From an uncultured Verrucomicrobiae bacterium (GTDB lineage Bacteria; Verrucomicrobiota; Verrucomicrobiia; Chthoniobacterales; JAFAMB01): a stretch of DNA of 64,000 nucleotides. A model generated the notes under the pieces. That model worked only from the letters and a program-made list of their open reading frames with translations. It ran no database searches and was not told the DNA's origin. The translations under genes and the position numbers were made by a program. Every line of letters starts with the position of its first letter. Position 1 is the stretch's first letter. The DNA lies in NCBI GenBank assembly GCA_963813025.1, contig CAWEXO010000005.1, positions 160,001-224,000 on the forward strand, read 5' to 3'. Positions 43,499 through 55,018 of the stretch are shown piece by piece.

Positions 43499-44911
43499 GA
43501 GTTATAACCGAATTTTGTGGATGAGGAGATAAAGAAAGGCGCATCCTTTCAGCAAGAAAAAGAAACGATGGCGGTCTCACTCGAGGGCGCCAAAAAAGAA
43601 AGGATGCACCAGTGCCAGAGAATAAAGTGGTCTCGCTCGATGAGCGAGCAAAAGATGAAGAGAAGCCATTCCTGGAGCAGTTGCTGCAGGAAGGAGCCAG
43701 GAAGCTGTTACAGGCGGCAATCGAGAATGAGGTGATCGACTATATCCAATTCCACAAGGATCGACGGGATGAGAATGGACAGCGGTTGGTGGTACGCAAT
43801 GGACACCTGCCGGAGCGGGAAGTGGTTAGTGGAGTCGGTCCGATCCGGGTTCGTCAGCCACGGATCCGGCATCGTGACAGGGGTCGCTTTTCCAGTGCGA
43901 TTCTGCCCAAGTACATGCGTCGGGCTCGAGAGCGTCGATGCACTGATTCCAGCCCTTTACCTGAAAGGGATCTCGACTGGAGATTTCAGTGAAGCGTTGG
44001 CAGCGATTTTGGGCGAAGGAGCCAGTGGACTATCAGCAACCAATATCGTCCGGTTGAAGGCCGGGTGGGAAAGCGACTATAAGGCGTGGACTCAGCGCGA
44101 CTTAAGTCAGAAGCGTTACGTTTACTGGTGGGCCGACGGAGTTTATTTCAACGTCCGGCTCGATGAGGAACGAACCTGCGTGCTGATCTTGATTGGAGCT
44201 ACCGAGGATGGCACCAAGGAACTCTTAGCGGTTGTCGATGGGTATCGGGAAAGCACCCAATCCTGGCGCGAACTGCTTGGGCAGCTCAAACGCTTGGGTC
44301 TGTCTAGCGCACCGAAGCTGGCCATCGGTGATGGTTCGCTTGGCTTTTGGATCGCTCTCCAGGAAGAATATGGCCAAATCGCCCAACAGCGCTGCTGGGT
44401 ACACAAAACGGCTAACATCCTGGATAAAATGCCTAAGAGCGTTCAGGGCAAGGCCAAGCAACTGATCCATGAAATGTACCTGGCGGCGACCCGCAAAGCA
44501 GCTCTGGCCGCCTACGATCAGTTCATCTCCAGTTACCAGACTAAATTCCCTAAAGCCTGCGAGTGCCTGCAGAAAGATCAAGAAGTCCTGTTTACCTTTT
44601 ATGACTTTCCGGCTCAACATTGGCCGCATTTACGGACAACCAACCCCATCGAATCCACCTTCGCTACCGTTCGGCTGCGAACTCATCGAACCAAGGGTTC
44701 CGGTTCACGAATCGCAACCCTGACCATGGTCTTTAAACTCGGCCTGGAAGCCCAAAAGCACTGGCGTCGGCTTCAGGGCTTCGAACTGATTCCAAAGGTA
44801 GTCACCGGTGTCCGATTCGTCGATGGCGAAGAACAAGCTCAACAGGCCGCCTAACCAAGTTATTTTAAAAGGATGCGCCCATCCCCGATACACAACTTTT
44901 GACAATATCTC
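43499..44911 (+). mobile_element. IS256-family insertion sequence
   Basis: Imperfect TIRs GAGTTATAACCGAATTTTGTG / GAGATATTGTCAAAAGTTGTG; 9-bp direct repeat AGCCGTAAG at 43490-43498 and 44912-44920. Confidence 0.9.
43612..44854 (+). pseudogene. IS256 transposase with a frameshift near 43928
   Basis: VRNGH, LYLKGISTGDF, WADG, GDG.LGFW, QRCWVHK, RTTNPIES. Confidence 0.88.
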
Positions 44912-45772
44912 AGCCGTAAGCACCGATAGGCCCTGAGTCCTTACTCCTTGGGTCAGTCCGATGAGCTTTGTATAGCTTTGCTTTAACTGCTCCTGGCCTG
45001 CTTGCGTAAAAGTCCGGGCCGCTCGGCCAATCTCCAACACTCGATGTTTGACCGCCCGAGCATGATGGACAATGCGAAGCTCCGATTCCTGACAACCTCC
45101 GGCGATACGTTGCAAAGACCGGCTCATGACCCGCACTGAATCGGCCAGCAACGAGCTGTCGGTTGGGTGGTGAATATTCGTTTCGACCGCGGTGGTATCG
45201 GTGCGCAGCTTCTTTCCGGCAATGATGGTCGCCGCTTTGGCCTGCTGTGCGATCTGCTGGTGAATCTGCTCAGTGCCTTCCTTGCCAAAGAGCGCAAAAG
45301 CCCGACACAGATTGCTAAAATCTGGAATCGGATCCTCATAAAAGCGCGTGAAGCGTCGAACTAGAGAAGGCTGACTCGCAGTTCGTGGTGCAGTTCACGG
45401 TAGGACCAACCTTTGATGTGCTTAAGCACCGCACAGCGCAGCAGCCGATCCGGCGCAATTCCTTCGCGGCCAACTTTGCCTGAGCCTGGCGAGCGGCTCG
45501 TCAAAGCCCGAGTGCTCAAAGCCAATAAGCCCGGGTCGTCAAGCAGCCCATCAACCGAATCGAGCACCGGGTCAGTAATGGTGGCTACTTCCTTGAAGAA
45601 AGCGAAAGCAAATAGAGAAGCTGGCCGAACGGCCTTACCGATCACTACCTAATCGATATAGTCGATTAGGTAACTCCCGACAACAACAAAATCAAAATTT
45701 CTTTGAAGAACTACTCGTTCGCCCTCCGCCGCGCCACGCCGAGGGGAAAAACCATTTCGCAACAGCCTTTAG

Positions 45773-46460
45773 CTAGTACGGATGGAGCTTCCAAAACGCG
45801 TCAATATCAGACTGCTCCTTGATCACATCGCGGTAATGCCGGTAAAGCATGTTCGTATCGCGGTGCCCCATGGATTCGGAAGTAAGGCCGGCATGCTGGG
45901 ATTTGGCCAAATGGTACGAACCGTAGCTGTTGCCGCAGGCAATCTTTAGCCATGGGTTCCACTTCTCACCCCCCGCTTTCTGAAAAGCTCTGAACTTCCA
46001 TCGAAAATTGATACAGATTTTCCCCCTGCCGTTTTCAGGCCGATATGGCTTTAACCACTCAATCAGGTTTGGTTCCATCGGTATAATCCGGCGATCTCTG
46101 CCTTGGCTTTTGCGGCCGGCAGATCGATATGCTTTCGCTCGAAATCTATATCTCCCCAGTCAAGCCGGAGGGTTTCATCAGGTCGAACACCAGCAAACAG
46201 GCCTATCGTAAGCCAAGGGATCAAGTCGCCTGGATGGACGCTAATAATTGAAACTTTGCCTTTCGCCACACGCAGAGGTTCTTTTATCTCCGTCAGGGCC
46301 AGATCGAGGAGCTCCTTGATTTCCTTAATTGTAAGAACCCTTGGCGACCCTTTTTCGCCGGACTCTTCTGTCTCAATTCCTTTACACGGATTCTCCGTCA
46401 TATCATGAAATTGAACTGCCCAGGAAAAAAGCACTGACAAGTTTCTAAGCATGTTCCCCT
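45773..46460 (-). pseudogene. Tyrosine recombinase/integrase remnant with frameshifts
   Basis: GLFAGVRPDE..RL.W.DI, KAK, SYGSYHLA, MGHRDT.ML..HY. Confidence 0.8.
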
Positions 46461-46489
46461 CTCCCTGAGGCTGGAGCTTCAGACAAGCT

Positions 46490-46650
46490 GGGGATAATGG
46501 TCGTTGAAAATCGTTCGGCTGCGGGAGAGGAGCCGCACCCCCTTGCCAGCCTTGAAGGCGAGCGCGGTAGCCGTCGAATTTCATCTCATAGAGTCAATCG
46601 CCGGACGGGAGATCCCGGACTCGGAGCGCCTTCATGGGTTCAATGAAGTT
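46490..46650 (-). pseudogene. ATP-dependent DNA ligase (LigD-type) N-terminal fragment
   Basis: FIEPMKA..LPSGD*LYEMKFDGYRA..RLLSR; KxDG motif with TGA at the usual Trp. Confidence 0.7.
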
Positions 46651-46727
46651 GGTTGCCGCTGGGGTGTTCTGTTTCATCGATTTCCATGCGGATCGCCGGC
46701 TGGCCAGGTCGAACCTGTTGCACAGGC

Positions 46728-48766
46728 TCAAATCGGCGTGAAGTCTCCGGCGGCGTTAACTTCCTGAACTATATACCTGGTAAACCCTTTCTTGTCCGAA
46801 TTAAACACGTTGCTAACTGTGACGTACACGGAGTTATAAACGATCCCGATGAGGTACTTTTCTTCGTTCAGAACTCCATAAACTCGATAATGCGAAGAAG
46901 GCTCGAATGAATCGCTCCAATCCAAGACGTCGGCGGACGGGAATGGCCTCGTCCATGGTTTCTTTACAGCCTGAGCCCTGTCCAGAAAGGTTAATTCGCC
47001 CAAACGGATCTCGCCCTCAGGAGAAGCCTGCTTCACTCTAATGTGGATGCCGCTCAGGGTTTGGCCTTCCAGACTCGCTGGTACGGTATAGGTCATCTGT
47101 TTCCAGCCGTTGGTGACCGGCACTACTTGCGGGTTGGTTAGCTCATGATCCCCGAGGATCGGCGCCACATCGACGCCTTGTCCCTTGACGGTGAGGGACA
47201 GGATGTTTGTCGCCGTAAGGATGATCTCAGTCTTGTACAACCAGATGGTGATCGGATCAGTGAGGTTAACGCCTTTGAATGAAATACGCAGGCTCGAACC
47301 GCCTGTAAACGCATCGTCGTAATCAACGGCAGTGTCGTCTATCCTGGTATCGCTCGTGCCGCCGGAAAAGTTGAAACGCCAGGTCGGCAACAGGCTCTGG
47401 TCACTTAAGTTATTCCATGGTCCCATTGATTTCCTTTCGCCGCGGATATTGTAAAAGTCGCCTTCGCCACCGTTGAACCAGGTCACGAAAGGAGTGGAAG
47501 TGATGACGGACCTTTCTTTCACGTAATGACCAATACATTCCTCGGGCTTGATTGGATTCTTTCCCGGCTTAGGCCAATCCACGAAAAACTTCGTCGTCCC
47601 CGCCCAGAACGCCCGGTCGTTATAATGAAACGTCTCGCGGGAGGGCAGTGTCTGGGTGTTTGAGTCAATTCCGTGGTACATGACCCAATCGGGTGCATAG
47701 GATCCCAAGGCTGTGTAGTATCCCGGTGGTTGGCCTGCAGGGACATCGACGAGAGCAAGGGCAGTGAAAAAGGAGCCTTGGTAAGGCTGTGTTTGGCGAT
47801 AACAGTCCATCATCATACAGACCCGATTGCGCGCCTCGAGAGCATCATTTTCTGGGAGGTGCTGTTTCAGCACTTCCCAGGAAACCTCAGGGTAGTTGTT
47901 TGTGCCTGGATAGGCCGGCCCCCACGCGTAATTGGCTTGGAAATAACCCGCAGCCTCGAAAACGGATATGCATCTTCAGTCAAACGATTGCTAAAACCCT
48001 TGCTGAGGGGTGCATCGTACCACACTACGGTAAGCCCAGCCTCTTTCAGGCTGGACATTACGTCAGTCATGCCGGACCGAACTGTGAAATTGTATTCCTC
48101 ATAGTTGAACAGGTAGCCATCAAATCTATAGTAGCCGGCGATGTCCTTCAGTATTGTTAAAGCCTCTTCGAGATAAATTGGTTTCGGCTGAGGCGGGGGC
48201 GTTGGCTCCTTGTTGAGAAAATGGACGACATCGTCTTCTGTGAAATTGCCGCCGCTCTCACTCCAGTTCAAATTCAGCGTACCCAGGCTCCTCACACCAT
48301 TCTTGTGTGCGGCGTTGGTCCAAACAGGGGGAGGGATCGTCAGTAACTGGTGCCCAAAATAGTAGAAGATATCCAGGTACTGCCAGAAACTGAAGTTGTA
48401 CACATTCGCTGCTGTTCGATTGCCGTCATCTGACTGCCCATGCCCACCCTGACTCTTCTCGTCAAACCAGGTATCATACTGCCAGGGGCCCATGTCAAAC
48501 CCCGCCCATGAACCCTTACCATAGACCGGAATCCTCTGTGCCAGGGGAACCCGCGCAACACTAGCGCCCTCCTTCAGAGAACCCCAGTCCCGGAGTTGGC
48601 TCATAGTTTCAATCGCCTTGATCGTTGGCTCAATTGCCCCGCTATCTTTGCCGCTCATTTTGGTCTCCCTTCCCTGCTGTGCTGCCTCGATTTCTAAGTA
48701 AGCGCGACGACTTTTTGCCGTGCTAGACTCGACACCGACCGTCACCCGAAACTCATGCTTCGGCAT
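46728..48766 (-). pseudogene. GH85 endo-beta-N-acetylglucosaminidase, 1-bp frameshift in a T-run near 47960
   Basis: FWQYLDIFYYF, PP.WTNAAHKNGV..LGT, FDGYLFNYE, WYDA, PFVTWFN.G.G, WNNLSDQ..LP. Confidence 0.8.
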
Positions 48767-48899
48767 CCCTTGTTCCCCTTTCACGGTCGACCTGAAGATC
48801 GAAGTTAGGTTTTAGCGTATTCATGGGCTTGGGTGAATTAAGGCTAGCACTGCTGCCAGCAGAAGTGAAGCCCTTGCGCATATCGCAGCAATCGACCAA

Positions 48900-49548
48900 C
48901 AAATAGATCTCGGAGGTCGTCAGCCAGCCCGGATTCCTTGCGCTACCCACATAGACTGGATAGGAACTCCAGCGATAGCTTCGTAGCTCCTCCACTCGGG
49001 CTCTCACCAGCATCGCCTCCGGCTCCAAGGTTTGGGCGTCAACCTTGAGCCCCGCTCACCCGCACCGGGCCGCCCTTCATGACCCCCGAGTTCTTTCACG
49101 CGCACCGGATTAAGGTGGATATAGCGGTTGATAGTCAAAGCCGCTTTGCTCGAATCGTGGAGCGTGGATTTGAACCTACCTTGGAACAAGGGACCGACTC
49201 GCCGGTATCTCCGGTTAAACCAGGCTCCGTAAGTGAGATTGAGCCACTGCATGGCTGGACTGAGGTTGGCCTCCAGCGTTTCGAGCTGCAAATGATAATG
49301 GTTGCCCATCAGGACATAGCCGTGGATCCGAATGGAGAATCGATTCGGGAACTGACCGAGAAGCTCCAGAAAGAAACGAGTGCTCGCCTCGTCCGGAAAG
49401 ATCGTTCTTCTTTCCACTCCGCGACTGACGACATGGAGCCATCCGCCGGGGATATTGAGCCGTAGCGCGCGAGCCATCGCAGCCAAACAACCAGCAACTT
49501 TGTGTTGGCCAGATCAAGGTTGAAAATTGAGATTTGACCCCTTGCTGC
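48900..49548 (-). mobile_element. TIR-bounded Y1 transposase element, piece C (5' end with HUH domain)
   Basis: MARALR, HVVSRG, YVLMGNHYH, LFQGRFKS, RYIHLNPVR, YRWSSY; end TIR caaggttgaaaattgagatttgaccc to 49540. Confidence 0.88.
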
Positions 49549-49687
49549 ATAGGCAGCTAAACATGGACTCGGGATCCATGGCGCTCACTTATCTCACCGC
49601 TTGACAATCCATCTATTTTCGGTCACGTCTAGACGGTCGTTTACTGAAACGTTTCAGTCCTCCCCCCAACCCATTCTCAAAAGGTTT

Positions 49688-50950
49688 ATGAAAACCCGAA
49701 TTAGAGCGGCGCTTACCTTCCTCATCCTGGCAGCTTCTATCTCAACTTCTCAATGGGCTGCAGCATCCGAGCCTGTCACTATAGATTTCTGGATTTTTCA
49801 AGATTTTCTCGCCGGCAACGCCGGGACGCTGATCAAGAAATTTGCGTCAGAATTTGAAAATGCGAATCCTGGCATCAAGGTCCACTTAGTAGGCAAAACG
49901 GCACCGGACATTTTGTCTGGAGTCATCATGGGTGCTGGCTCGGGGGCATTGCCCGATGCTATCACCACTCAATACGCGTACGCCGGGTCCCTCGTAAAAG
50001 CAGGCCTCATCAAAGATGTTTCATCGGAGTGGACCGCGATGCCCTCATCGTGGCAACAACAATTTTCGCCCTGGGCGGTGAAGATCTTGACTAAGGACAA
50101 GCAAGTGTTAGGCATCCCGTTTACCGGATACGCAAGCATATTGTATCGCAATCTAACGGTTCTGCGGAAAGCTGGAATAGATCCCGAGGTCGGTGTCAAG
50201 GATTGGGCAGATTGGCTGGCTCAGTCAAAAAAGATCAAAGAAAGTGGTTTCTTTGCATCAGCTAAATACCTGGATTTTCCTTGGGGACATCTGAGTTTCT
50301 ATGGCGGCGTCAAAGGCGCACAAATGGGATTGAGCCCCGACGGCAAATCTTTAACGATGGATGTGTCTAAGTACGCTGATGCCCTTGCATTCATGAAGGA
50401 TTTCCAATCTTATAGCTCCGATGTGAGCTTTGCTGACCAGGCAGCAACCGACCTCTTTACTACCAATAAGATGGCCTTCATGGTTACTGGTCCATTCGCA
50501 GACCCGTCGTTCGAGCAAGCAAAAAAAGAAAAGGGCTTGGAGTACGACTACATCCTAATACCTGGCCAAACTGCAGATACCCACGGCGGTGTGTACGGTG
50601 GCGAATTTTTAGCCGTGTTGAGAACAGCCAAAGCTGACGCCGCCTGGAAATGGGCGAGCTTCTTAGCCGATTCAGCACAAATGAAGCGCTTTGCCGCTGG
50701 TCTCGGACGTTACGTCTCCAACGACATCGTCCTCGCCGATCCCAAAATCAAAAACAACGCCCTCGTACAACTGACGTCTAAAGCGTTTGAAACAGCAGTC
50801 CCCGAAAGTCCCTTTATGGTCGACTTGCCCGAGCAATTTTTCCAGCCGATGGCCGACAATGGCAGTCTTATCTTGCTCGGCAAGGAAACTCCGCAACAGG
50901 CTGCTAAGAGCGCCATCGACCAGATGAACCAAGCTCTTCGAAATCATTGA
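49688..50950 (+). CDS. Carbohydrate ABC transporter substrate-binding protein
   Basis: Signal peptide, FE.ANP.I.V, G..PD, F...KMAF.VTGP. Confidence 0.9.
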   Translation: MKTRIRAALTFLILAASISTSQWAAASEPVTIDFWIFQDFLAGNAGTLIKKFASEFENANPGIKVHLVGKTAPDILSGVIMGAGSGALPDAITTQYAYAGSLVKAGLIKDVSSEWTAMPSSWQQQFSPWAVKILTKDKQVLGIPFTGYASILYRNLTVLRKAGIDPEVGVKDWADWLAQSKKIKESGFFASAKYLDFPWGHLSFYGGVKGAQMGLSPDGKSLTMDVSKYADALAFMKDFQSYSSDVSFADQAATDLFTTNKMAFMVTGPFADPSFEQAKKEKGLEYDYILIPGQTADTHGGVYGGEFLAVLRTAKADAAWKWASFLADSAQMKRFAAGLGRYVSNDIVLADPKIKNNALVQLTSKAFETAVPESPFMVDLPEQFFQPMADNGSLILLGKETPQQAAKSAIDQMNQALRNH

Positions 50951-51267
50951 ACTCAATCTCTGAGGTCGTCGAGTTGCTTTAAAAGAAACTGCTAGCTTAT
51001 GGGATCCGGGCCGGATCTTCGCGATATCTACTCTGAGCGGTCCCGGAGTCACAAGATTGCGTGCCTCGACGACCTTGAGGCAATTTCGCGCAGCTTACCG
51101 CCGCATCGAATGCAGGTCGCACAACCTGAACTAATTTCCCACTACACTACAATAGTATCGAATGCGGGGAGAAACTAACCCCAGCGGTCCAATACCACGA
51201 GCATGCCTCTACAGAAGCTTCTCCACCGAATTTCCGCAGCTTCCCCCCGGAGTTCAAGAAATACACC

Positions 51268-52179
51268 ATGACTACCCAGAAGCATTATCGCTTCGGTGCA
51301 TACACTAAAAACTATTTGATGATTGCACCGTTTTTCATTCTTTTCGGCGTTTTTACTTTAGGGCCGATGCTCTACGGCATTGGCATAAGCTTCACAAAGT
51401 GGAATGGAATCAATCCCCCGGTCTATGTCGGATTAAGCAACTATGCGGAGGTCATTCGTTCACCAAGATTCGCGAAGGCCTTTTCCAACTTACTCCTCTA
51501 CGTCGCGGTTACCGTTCCTGTCGGGATTAGTCTAGCCTTTTGTATCGCCTTGGTAGTGAACCGCTTTAAAGGTTTTCCCGCACATTTTTTCCGCAGCGCA
51601 TGTTTCCTTCCGACCGTCATTCCATTGTTCCTGACGGCTGTCATTTGGCGCTGGTTGTTAACCCCAGATTTCGGTTTGCTGAACATGGGCCTCACTTTCT
51701 TACGATTGCCCTCACCAAACTGGTTAGGCGATCCAGCGTATATGATTCCAGCATTGGTCATGGCCGATGCCTGGCGTGCAACAGGATTCAACATGGTTAT
51801 TTTCCTTGCCGGTATGAAGAACATACCCAAAGAATACTATGAAGCGGCGACCATTGATGGCGCCAATGCATTCGCGAAGATGCGGTTCATCATGATACCA
51901 GCTCTAGAGCCGGTCTTTTTGTTGGTTATCGTCAATGCGGTTATTTCAGCGCTTCAGATTTTTGATCTCCCATGGCTGATGACCAATTCCAGCTTCAGTG
52001 GCTACGGAGGGCCCTTACAAGGGATGCTATTCCCTGTGATGGATGTCATGGGACGCGGGTTCGGCGGTGGACGCTTTGGAGAGGCCGCCGCGTTGGCATC
52101 TATATTGTTTGTACTTATTCTGAGCGTCACGATCGCGCAGCTGGCATTTCGTCGCCGCTGGACAGATTTAGGAAGTTGA
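51268..52179 (+). CDS. Carbohydrate ABC permease (MalF-type)
   Basis: VGLSNY, YYEAATIDGA (EAA motif). Confidence 0.92.
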   Translation: MTTQKHYRFGAYTKNYLMIAPFFILFGVFTLGPMLYGIGISFTKWNGINPPVYVGLSNYAEVIRSPRFAKAFSNLLLYVAVTVPVGISLAFCIALVVNRFKGFPAHFFRSACFLPTVIPLFLTAVIWRWLLTPDFGLLNMGLTFLRLPSPNWLGDPAYMIPALVMADAWRATGFNMVIFLAGMKNIPKEYYEAATIDGANAFAKMRFIMIPALEPVFLLVIVNAVISALQIFDLPWLMTNSSFSGYGGPLQGMLFPVMDVMGRGFGGGRFGEAAALASILFVLILSVTIAQLAFRRRWTDLGS

Positions 52180-52197
52180 CCCAACTGCCCGCCGAAT

Positions 52198-53097
52198 ATG
52201 GATACTAAATCCCTCATTCGTCCACTATCCCCGGCCGGGAACATTCGCAAGCGGGCTTCTTTTGCCCGTGGGCCCAGTCGTATGGGATTTCTAGCGTGGA
52301 GTTTCGCCGTAATCTGGCTGGTTATAACTACATTGCCCATTTGGTGGATATTCAACATCGTCTTCAGCAAAGGTGGGTCGGCAGCTGCACTTTCGCCACA
52401 CCTCTATCCTACCTCTTTGCCCTCAGGTTTTCTCCACCTGCAACAAGCCCTGTCTCAAGCGTCTTTTTTACAAGCATATCTGGTTTCCTCAGGATACGCG
52501 TCTCTTCAGGTCAGCGGGATGTTGCTTGTCGTCTCGATGGCTGCTTATGAGTTCACCTTCTACGATTTTCCAGGCAAGAATACCCTGTTTCTAATTGCCT
52601 TGTCTGGACTAATGATGCCGTTTGCCGTAACGCTGATTCCACTATATCGCGTCGTCACAGGTCTTGGCTGGGCTAACTCCCTACAAGGGTTGGCTGTTCC
52701 AGGCATGGCCTCCGCTTTCAGCCTGTTCGTCCTCCGCCAGTTTATGGAGAGCATCCCTATCGAGCTCCTGGACGCTGCCCGCATTGATGGCGCATCACAT
52801 TTTGCCGTGTACTGGAGGATTGTCTTGCCGCTCTCCAGGAATGCTTTACTTACTATCAGCATTCTTTCTTTCATAGCGGCCTGGGGCAACTACATTTGGC
52901 CCCTCGTTATAACCACAAAGCCCGAGTGGTATACGATTAGTGTTACGATGGCGCAATTTTTCGGTTTCCAGACATACACTACGATTGAAATTGTCATGGC
53001 CAGCGCGCTTTTGGCTGCGTTTCCACCGCTCGTTGTCTATGTCTTGCTACAACGTTACATTATTGAAGGCATCGCGGTTGCTGGCTTAAAAGGCTGA
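52198..53097 (+). CDS. Carbohydrate ABC permease (MalG-type)
   Basis: ELLDAARIDGAS, WGNYIWPL, QRYIIEG. Confidence 0.92.
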   Translation: MDTKSLIRPLSPAGNIRKRASFARGPSRMGFLAWSFAVIWLVITTLPIWWIFNIVFSKGGSAAALSPHLYPTSLPSGFLHLQQALSQASFLQAYLVSSGYASLQVSGMLLVVSMAAYEFTFYDFPGKNTLFLIALSGLMMPFAVTLIPLYRVVTGLGWANSLQGLAVPGMASAFSLFVLRQFMESIPIELLDAARIDGASHFAVYWRIVLPLSRNALLTISILSFIAAWGNYIWPLVITTKPEWYTISVTMAQFFGFQTYTTIEIVMASALLAAFPPLVVYVLLQRYIIEGIAVAGLKG

Positions 53098-53296
53098 TAT
53101 TTTGCAAAGAAGATGTTGCTTACCCTTCCCTACGGCGTGACTTTTATTTGCGCCGCCTGGTTTTCAACTATTTGTCCGCACGTGCCACGAGCGGTAGTAT
53201 TTAAGGGCCGCGCAGCCGTCGCGCTTTTGCGACGCGCCAGCGACTGCCCCCTGCGATTCGGCAGGTGTATTTCCAACCAGGCCAAGGGGTTCGCAC

Positions 53297-54469
53297 GTGG
53301 CTAGCCTCAAGGACATCGCCCGGAGAGCAAACGTCCCGATCCGGGTTGCATTTCAGGTCCTAAATGGGAGTAGCTCCGCAAATCAGGCCATACAAAGAAA
53401 GGTGGTCGCCGCGGCTAGGAGCCTAAGCTATAAGCTCCATGTTACACTGCGTGACGTAGCGGACGAAGCTAAGGTTTCGGTAACCACGGTTAGCTACGTA
53501 CTGCACGACAATCCCGAAATTGGATCGGCAACTCGCAGGCGTGTGCTGGATGCAGTAGAGGCATTGGAGTATCGTGTCAATAACACGGCCAGAAATCTAA
53601 AAACTAATCGAACCCATATGATCGGGTATCCATGGCATATCACTGAGGATCCTGAGCGGTTTAGCCCTATGCTTGATCGTTTTCTCTATAGAGTCGTGGT
53701 AAGGGCCCAATCATACGGATATCATTTGCTCACCTTTACAGAACCGCGTTCAGACGTAGTGAGACTTTACGAAGAATTGGTACGTGGCGGCCATGTCGAT
53801 GGTTTTATACTTCCCGAGCCATGTTATAACGATCCCCGCATCGATCAACTGCAGCGGATGGATATTCCCTTTGTATTGCTTGGACGCTCAGGTTCCAACA
53901 TGCGTTTCGCATCCGTCGACGTGGATGCGGAATTGGCTATATCTAGAACGGTCGAGCATTTACTGGAATTAGGGCATCGAAATATCGCCCTTTTAGGGCT
54001 GGCAGAGAAATTGACGACCGCTGACAGTCGAATGCGTGGATTTGTTCGTACCTTGTCCAGTGCTGGGCTGGCGGCCAGGCCTGAATGGATTGTTCGGCTA
54101 CCTAATACGCGAGAAGCTGGGGCAAGGGCGACCCAACAGATCATGCAAGCGATTCCAGCGCCAACCGCGTTGGTATGTTCCTCTGACGTATTAGCCTTGG
54201 GCGTAAACGCTTACTTGGAAAGCGTCGGTCTTCGCATGGGTATCGAAATAGCAGTTACGGGCTACGATGATGGGCCGGTCGCAGCGTATTTAGGGTTAAC
54301 CTCGATTCGGCAGCCGACTGATGTAATTGGTGCGACGGTCGTCGATCTTTTGCTCTCACAGATCAGGCGGGAAAAGAATGGGTTGCGGCAAATATTGCTG
54401 GAACCGGAATTGGTAGTGCGATCGAGCAGCCAGGTGAGGGTTGTTGATGGGGTCGTCATTAGAAGATAG
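53297..54469 (+). CDS. LacI-family regulator with two tandem N-terminal HTH motifs
   Basis: SLKDIARRANV and TLRDVADEAKVSVTTVS; GYDD, LTSIRQP, LVVRSS. Confidence 0.88.
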   Translation: MASLKDIARRANVPIRVAFQVLNGSSSANQAIQRKVVAAARSLSYKLHVTLRDVADEAKVSVTTVSYVLHDNPEIGSATRRRVLDAVEALEYRVNNTARNLKTNRTHMIGYPWHITEDPERFSPMLDRFLYRVVVRAQSYGYHLLTFTEPRSDVVRLYEELVRGGHVDGFILPEPCYNDPRIDQLQRMDIPFVLLGRSGSNMRFASVDVDAELAISRTVEHLLELGHRNIALLGLAEKLTTADSRMRGFVRTLSSAGLAARPEWIVRLPNTREAGARATQQIMQAIPAPTALVCSSDVLALGVNAYLESVGLRMGIEIAVTGYDDGPVAAYLGLTSIRQPTDVIGATVVDLLLSQIRREKNGLRQILLEPELVVRSSSQVRVVDGVVIRR

Positions 54470-54689
54470 TAACCGTAGCCTCCTGACTTCTACATGCAGC
54501 GCCACTTTGGCTGGTGAGATGAAATCTTTTTTACGAACCAATTCTTCACGCTCAGAGGTCTGACTGAGATCCTCAAACGCGATATTACTGGCAAAAAACG
54601 CTGATCCACCTTTGTCCTGTTTATTCAGGAAAGAAAGGTGAATAGTTCCGGCGATTCGTTTATTTCCACCCCTGCAAATATGCCTGGTT

Positions 54690-54911
54690 CGCAAGGAACA
54701 TAGGGAAGGTTTTCGATCAACCCGTGATTGAGCACATTGCCATAAAGCGACTGAGCGTTGCCGGGCGGCCGACCCCTTCGGTGTCCACGTCCATCAACTC
54801 GATATGGCTATCCTCCAAAGCGGGATAAGTGAACAGATCCACAACGACTTCGCGAATGAACTTCGAACTTCCGCCGCCAATGAAAGTTATTTTGCATCTA
54901 TTCATTTGCAT
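54690..54911 (-). pseudogene. GH4 (MelA-like) glycosidase reduced by internal deletion
   Basis: N-terminal [16 protein letters not shown] fused to late motif [14 protein letters not shown]. Confidence 0.7.
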
Positions 54912-55018
54912 CGTTCTCTTCTTCCTGGCACAGAAATATTCTACCGAAGGAATCACCCTAACCACCACCAAACGATGAATCATTTCAGAAGAGACTCTAA
55001 CCAACGAAAGGAGTTGGC

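Larger units (their letters stand above)
42793..45645 (-). pseudogene. DDE transposase of the ISNCY/IS5-like element, with frameshifts and an IS256 insertion
   Basis: Pieces: WSYREL, DTTAVETNIHHPTDSSLL, EKILSLFEPH..IRKGK..NEFG, AADRGF, RTGIEARLSTLKH. Confidence 0.82.
42428..45772 (-). mobile_element. ISNCY/IS5-like insertion sequence, interrupted by IS256
   Basis: TIRs CTAAAG(C/G)CTGTTGCGAAATGGTT at both ends, each flanked by CTAG (42424-42427, 45773-45776). Confidence 0.8.

Noticed and set aside
43900..43950. Programmed frameshift in the IS256 transposase
   Set aside because: No slippery motif; IS256 transposases are normally one ORF.
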